NCBI RefSeq assembly: GCF_018350175.1
Contig: NC_058383.1
Span: 5,458,001-5,522,000, forward strand
Direction: 5' to 3'
DNA length: 64,000 bases
From: Felis catus
Taxonomy: Eukaryota
The notes beneath the pieces are model-generated. The model did no database searches. It had not been told where the DNA came from and saw only the letters and a list, made by a program, of their open reading frames with translations. A program made the position numbers and the translations under genes. Every line of letters starts with the position of its first letter. The first letter of the stretch is position 1. Shown in pieces: positions 61,781 through 64,000 of the stretch.

Positions 61781-62554
61781 CTTTTTTTAAAATCTAAGCT
61801 AGTTAACATGTATTGTAGTCTTGGTTTCAGGAGCAGAACCCAGTGATCTGTCACTTACATATAACACCCAGTGCTCATCCCAACAAGTGCCCTCCTTAAC
61901 GCCCATCACCCATTTAGCCCATCCCCCATGCACCGCCCCCCCCATCGACCCTCAGTTTTTTCTCTTTGTTTAAGGGTCTCATATGGTTTGCCTCCCTCTC
62001 TGTTTTTATCTTATTTCCCCCTCCCTTTCCCTGTGTTCATCTGTTTCGTTTCTTAAATTCTGCATATGAGTGAAATCATATAATATGTCTCTTCCTCTGA
62101 CTTATTTCACTTGGCAAAATACCCTCTAGGTCCATCCACGTTGTTGCAAATGGCAAGATTTCATTCTTTTTGATTGGAGTAATACTCCATTGTGTGTATA
62201 TACCACATCTTTATCCATTCATCAAGCGGTGGACGTTTGGGCTCTTTCAATACTTTGTAAGGAGTACTGCTCCCTCGTAGATAATAATGCGTAAGCATCG
62301 GGGTGCATGTGCCCCTTTGAATCAGCATTTTTGTATCCTTTGGATAAATACCTAGTAGTGCAATTACCGGTCGGAGGGTAGTTCCATTTTTAATCCTTTG
62401 AGGAACCTCCATCCTGTTTTCCAGAGCAGCTGCACCAGTCTGCATTCCCACCAGCAGCGCAAAAGGGTTCCCTCTTCTCCGCATCCTCACCAACGTGGTG
62501 TTGCCTGAGTTCCTGTTAGCCATTCGGACAGGTTCGAGGTGGTATCTCATTGTG
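61781..62554 (-). mobile_element. 5'-truncated carnivore L1
   Basis: ORF2 C-terminus (DEWIKMWYIHTMEYY) plus 3'UTR; degenerate TSD aaatgac(c/t)ata(g/c)tt. Confidence 0.92.
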
Positions 62555-63049
62555 AAATGACTATACTTTTTAACAACCAAAACGGAGTGTTAAAATAAAG
62601 GACTTTAAAACGCACACCTATCCAGAATAAATCTCAACAGGATGTCAGGTTAAAAAAAAGCAATTTGTAAGCTGTGGACAGTGTGAAAGTGTACATTTGA
62701 AGACACAACATGCAATACTCTTTATTGTTCACGGCTGCTTAACCGAGACAGTAGAAGTATGAAAGCACGGCCGGGAAGGACACAGGCCAACCTCAGGGCT
62801 GAGAGGTTGCTTCAAGAGAGAGAATGAAATCCACCAGGATGCGAAGGGGATTTCTTAAAATAAGAATTGGAAACTTGCAGAGCAACAATGTTAACATATA
62901 TCAATTCTGGGTGTGTGTAGCGGGGGAGGGGGGGGGGGACACGCACGAGCCTTTAGTTTCGTCCCTATAGTCAGTCTTCCGGAAATTTGAGCCACTCCAT
63001 AATTAAAAAAAAAAAAAAAAGAGCAGTGTTGAAAGTTTCTCTTTTTGTT

Positions 63050-63550
63050 TTTCACCCTTCCGCCGTCTCCACCTTTTAAACCGAGGCCTGGGGTGGCGTG
63101 GGGTGACAGGACTGGGGGCTATGGGGTGAGGAATGAAAACTGGCCCGGTGGGGGGCAGGGAGGTGAGGCTCACCGCCTCCTTCGCAGATCCACTTTGGCT
63201 CCGCCTCCGCCCAGCGGTATCCACGGCAACCAGGGTCAAAGCTCGCTCGGACCAGGTGTCAAGCCAGGCTCCGGGCGCCACCTGGTGGTCTTTCTGGTGA
63301 CCCAAGAGTGGGTCAGGGGACCGCCTTGAGAGGCGCTCCTTAAAAATAAAGACCAGCGTTGTCCTGTCGCACCGGGTCCCTCGTAGCTGCCCTTAGGGCA
63401 GTGGCGATTCATCCCAGAAAATGCTTTCATTAAAGTTCGGCTGCAGCCGTTGGCCACGCGGGGTTTTGGGGGTGTCTCCAGGAGTCCTTCAACGCTCCCG
63501 CCATTTGCAGGTGTGTGTCTTCATGGGGACCCCCCCAGACCTCGCGGTTA
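63050..63550. promoter_or_regulatory. CpG-rich promoter/insulator-like element
   Basis: Non-repeat CpG enrichment; GC boxes 63199-63212, X-box-like 63217-63230, CTCF consensus 63275-63288. Confidence 0.6.
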
Positions 63551-63809
63551 AAAAGTCTCTTGGGCATGTGGACTTCCAGAGAGCATAAACCCATTCTTCT
63601 CTATTTTTTTAAATTTGCTTTACTCTAAAAGTAACATACATTTGTAGAGAGCTTGGAAAATCATCTCACCACCCACACATAACCAGAACTAACATTCGGG
63701 CTTTATCCTTCTAGTATCCCTCTGCTCCATTCATTTTTGAGGGGTTGGTTTCTTACAAAATTGGAAATTCACAGGCTCAGAGGGATTTTCTGCCAGGAAA
63801 GGTAGACCT

Positions 63810-63995
63810 GGGTTATAAGCCCAGCTCCCCTGCTTAACTGTCCCCTCAGGCAAACGGATGAACTTCTCTATGTCTCAGTCTTCCGACCTGCAAGATGGGA
63901 ATATTAACTGCATCTCATAGGGCCACTTGGAAATTTTCGATGATGTAATGCGAATGAAACATCTAGCACCGTGCCGAATACATAGTAAGGATTCG
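63810..63995 (+). mobile_element. MIR
   Basis: aacttctctatgtctcagtcttcc...tgcaagatggga...ctcataggg...ctagcaccgtgcc...catagtaag. Confidence 0.75.
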
Positions 63996-64000
63996 CACCT

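Overview
Mammalian genomic DNA, almost certainly felid: it is saturated with carnivore tRNA-derived Can-SINEs of the SINEC_Fc type (about 55 copies by hand count). I could not recognise any intact protein-coding gene; nearly all ORFs in the track derive from SINEs, L1 or simple repeats. Main contents: a near-full-length dead L1 (16929-23877) inserted into a SINE tail, older L1/L2/MIR fragments, several solo LTRs and DNA-transposon relics. The most notable observations are (1) a CpG-rich promoter-like element near 63.2 kb with GC boxes, an RFX X-box-like motif, a consensus CTCF site and a minus-strand splice donor, plus a few candidate minus-strand exons; (2) a young 343-bp gammaretrovirus-like solo LTR nested in a SINE; (3) an AT-rich minisatellite born from L1 ORF2 sequence; (4) a CATGCA/CCAT array with a higher-order duplication; (5) an unexplained 86-bp diverged duplication; (6) repeated SINE insertion at the same target sites. 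I found no convincing novel multi-component system. Repeat family names are from recalled consensus similarity, not from a search.
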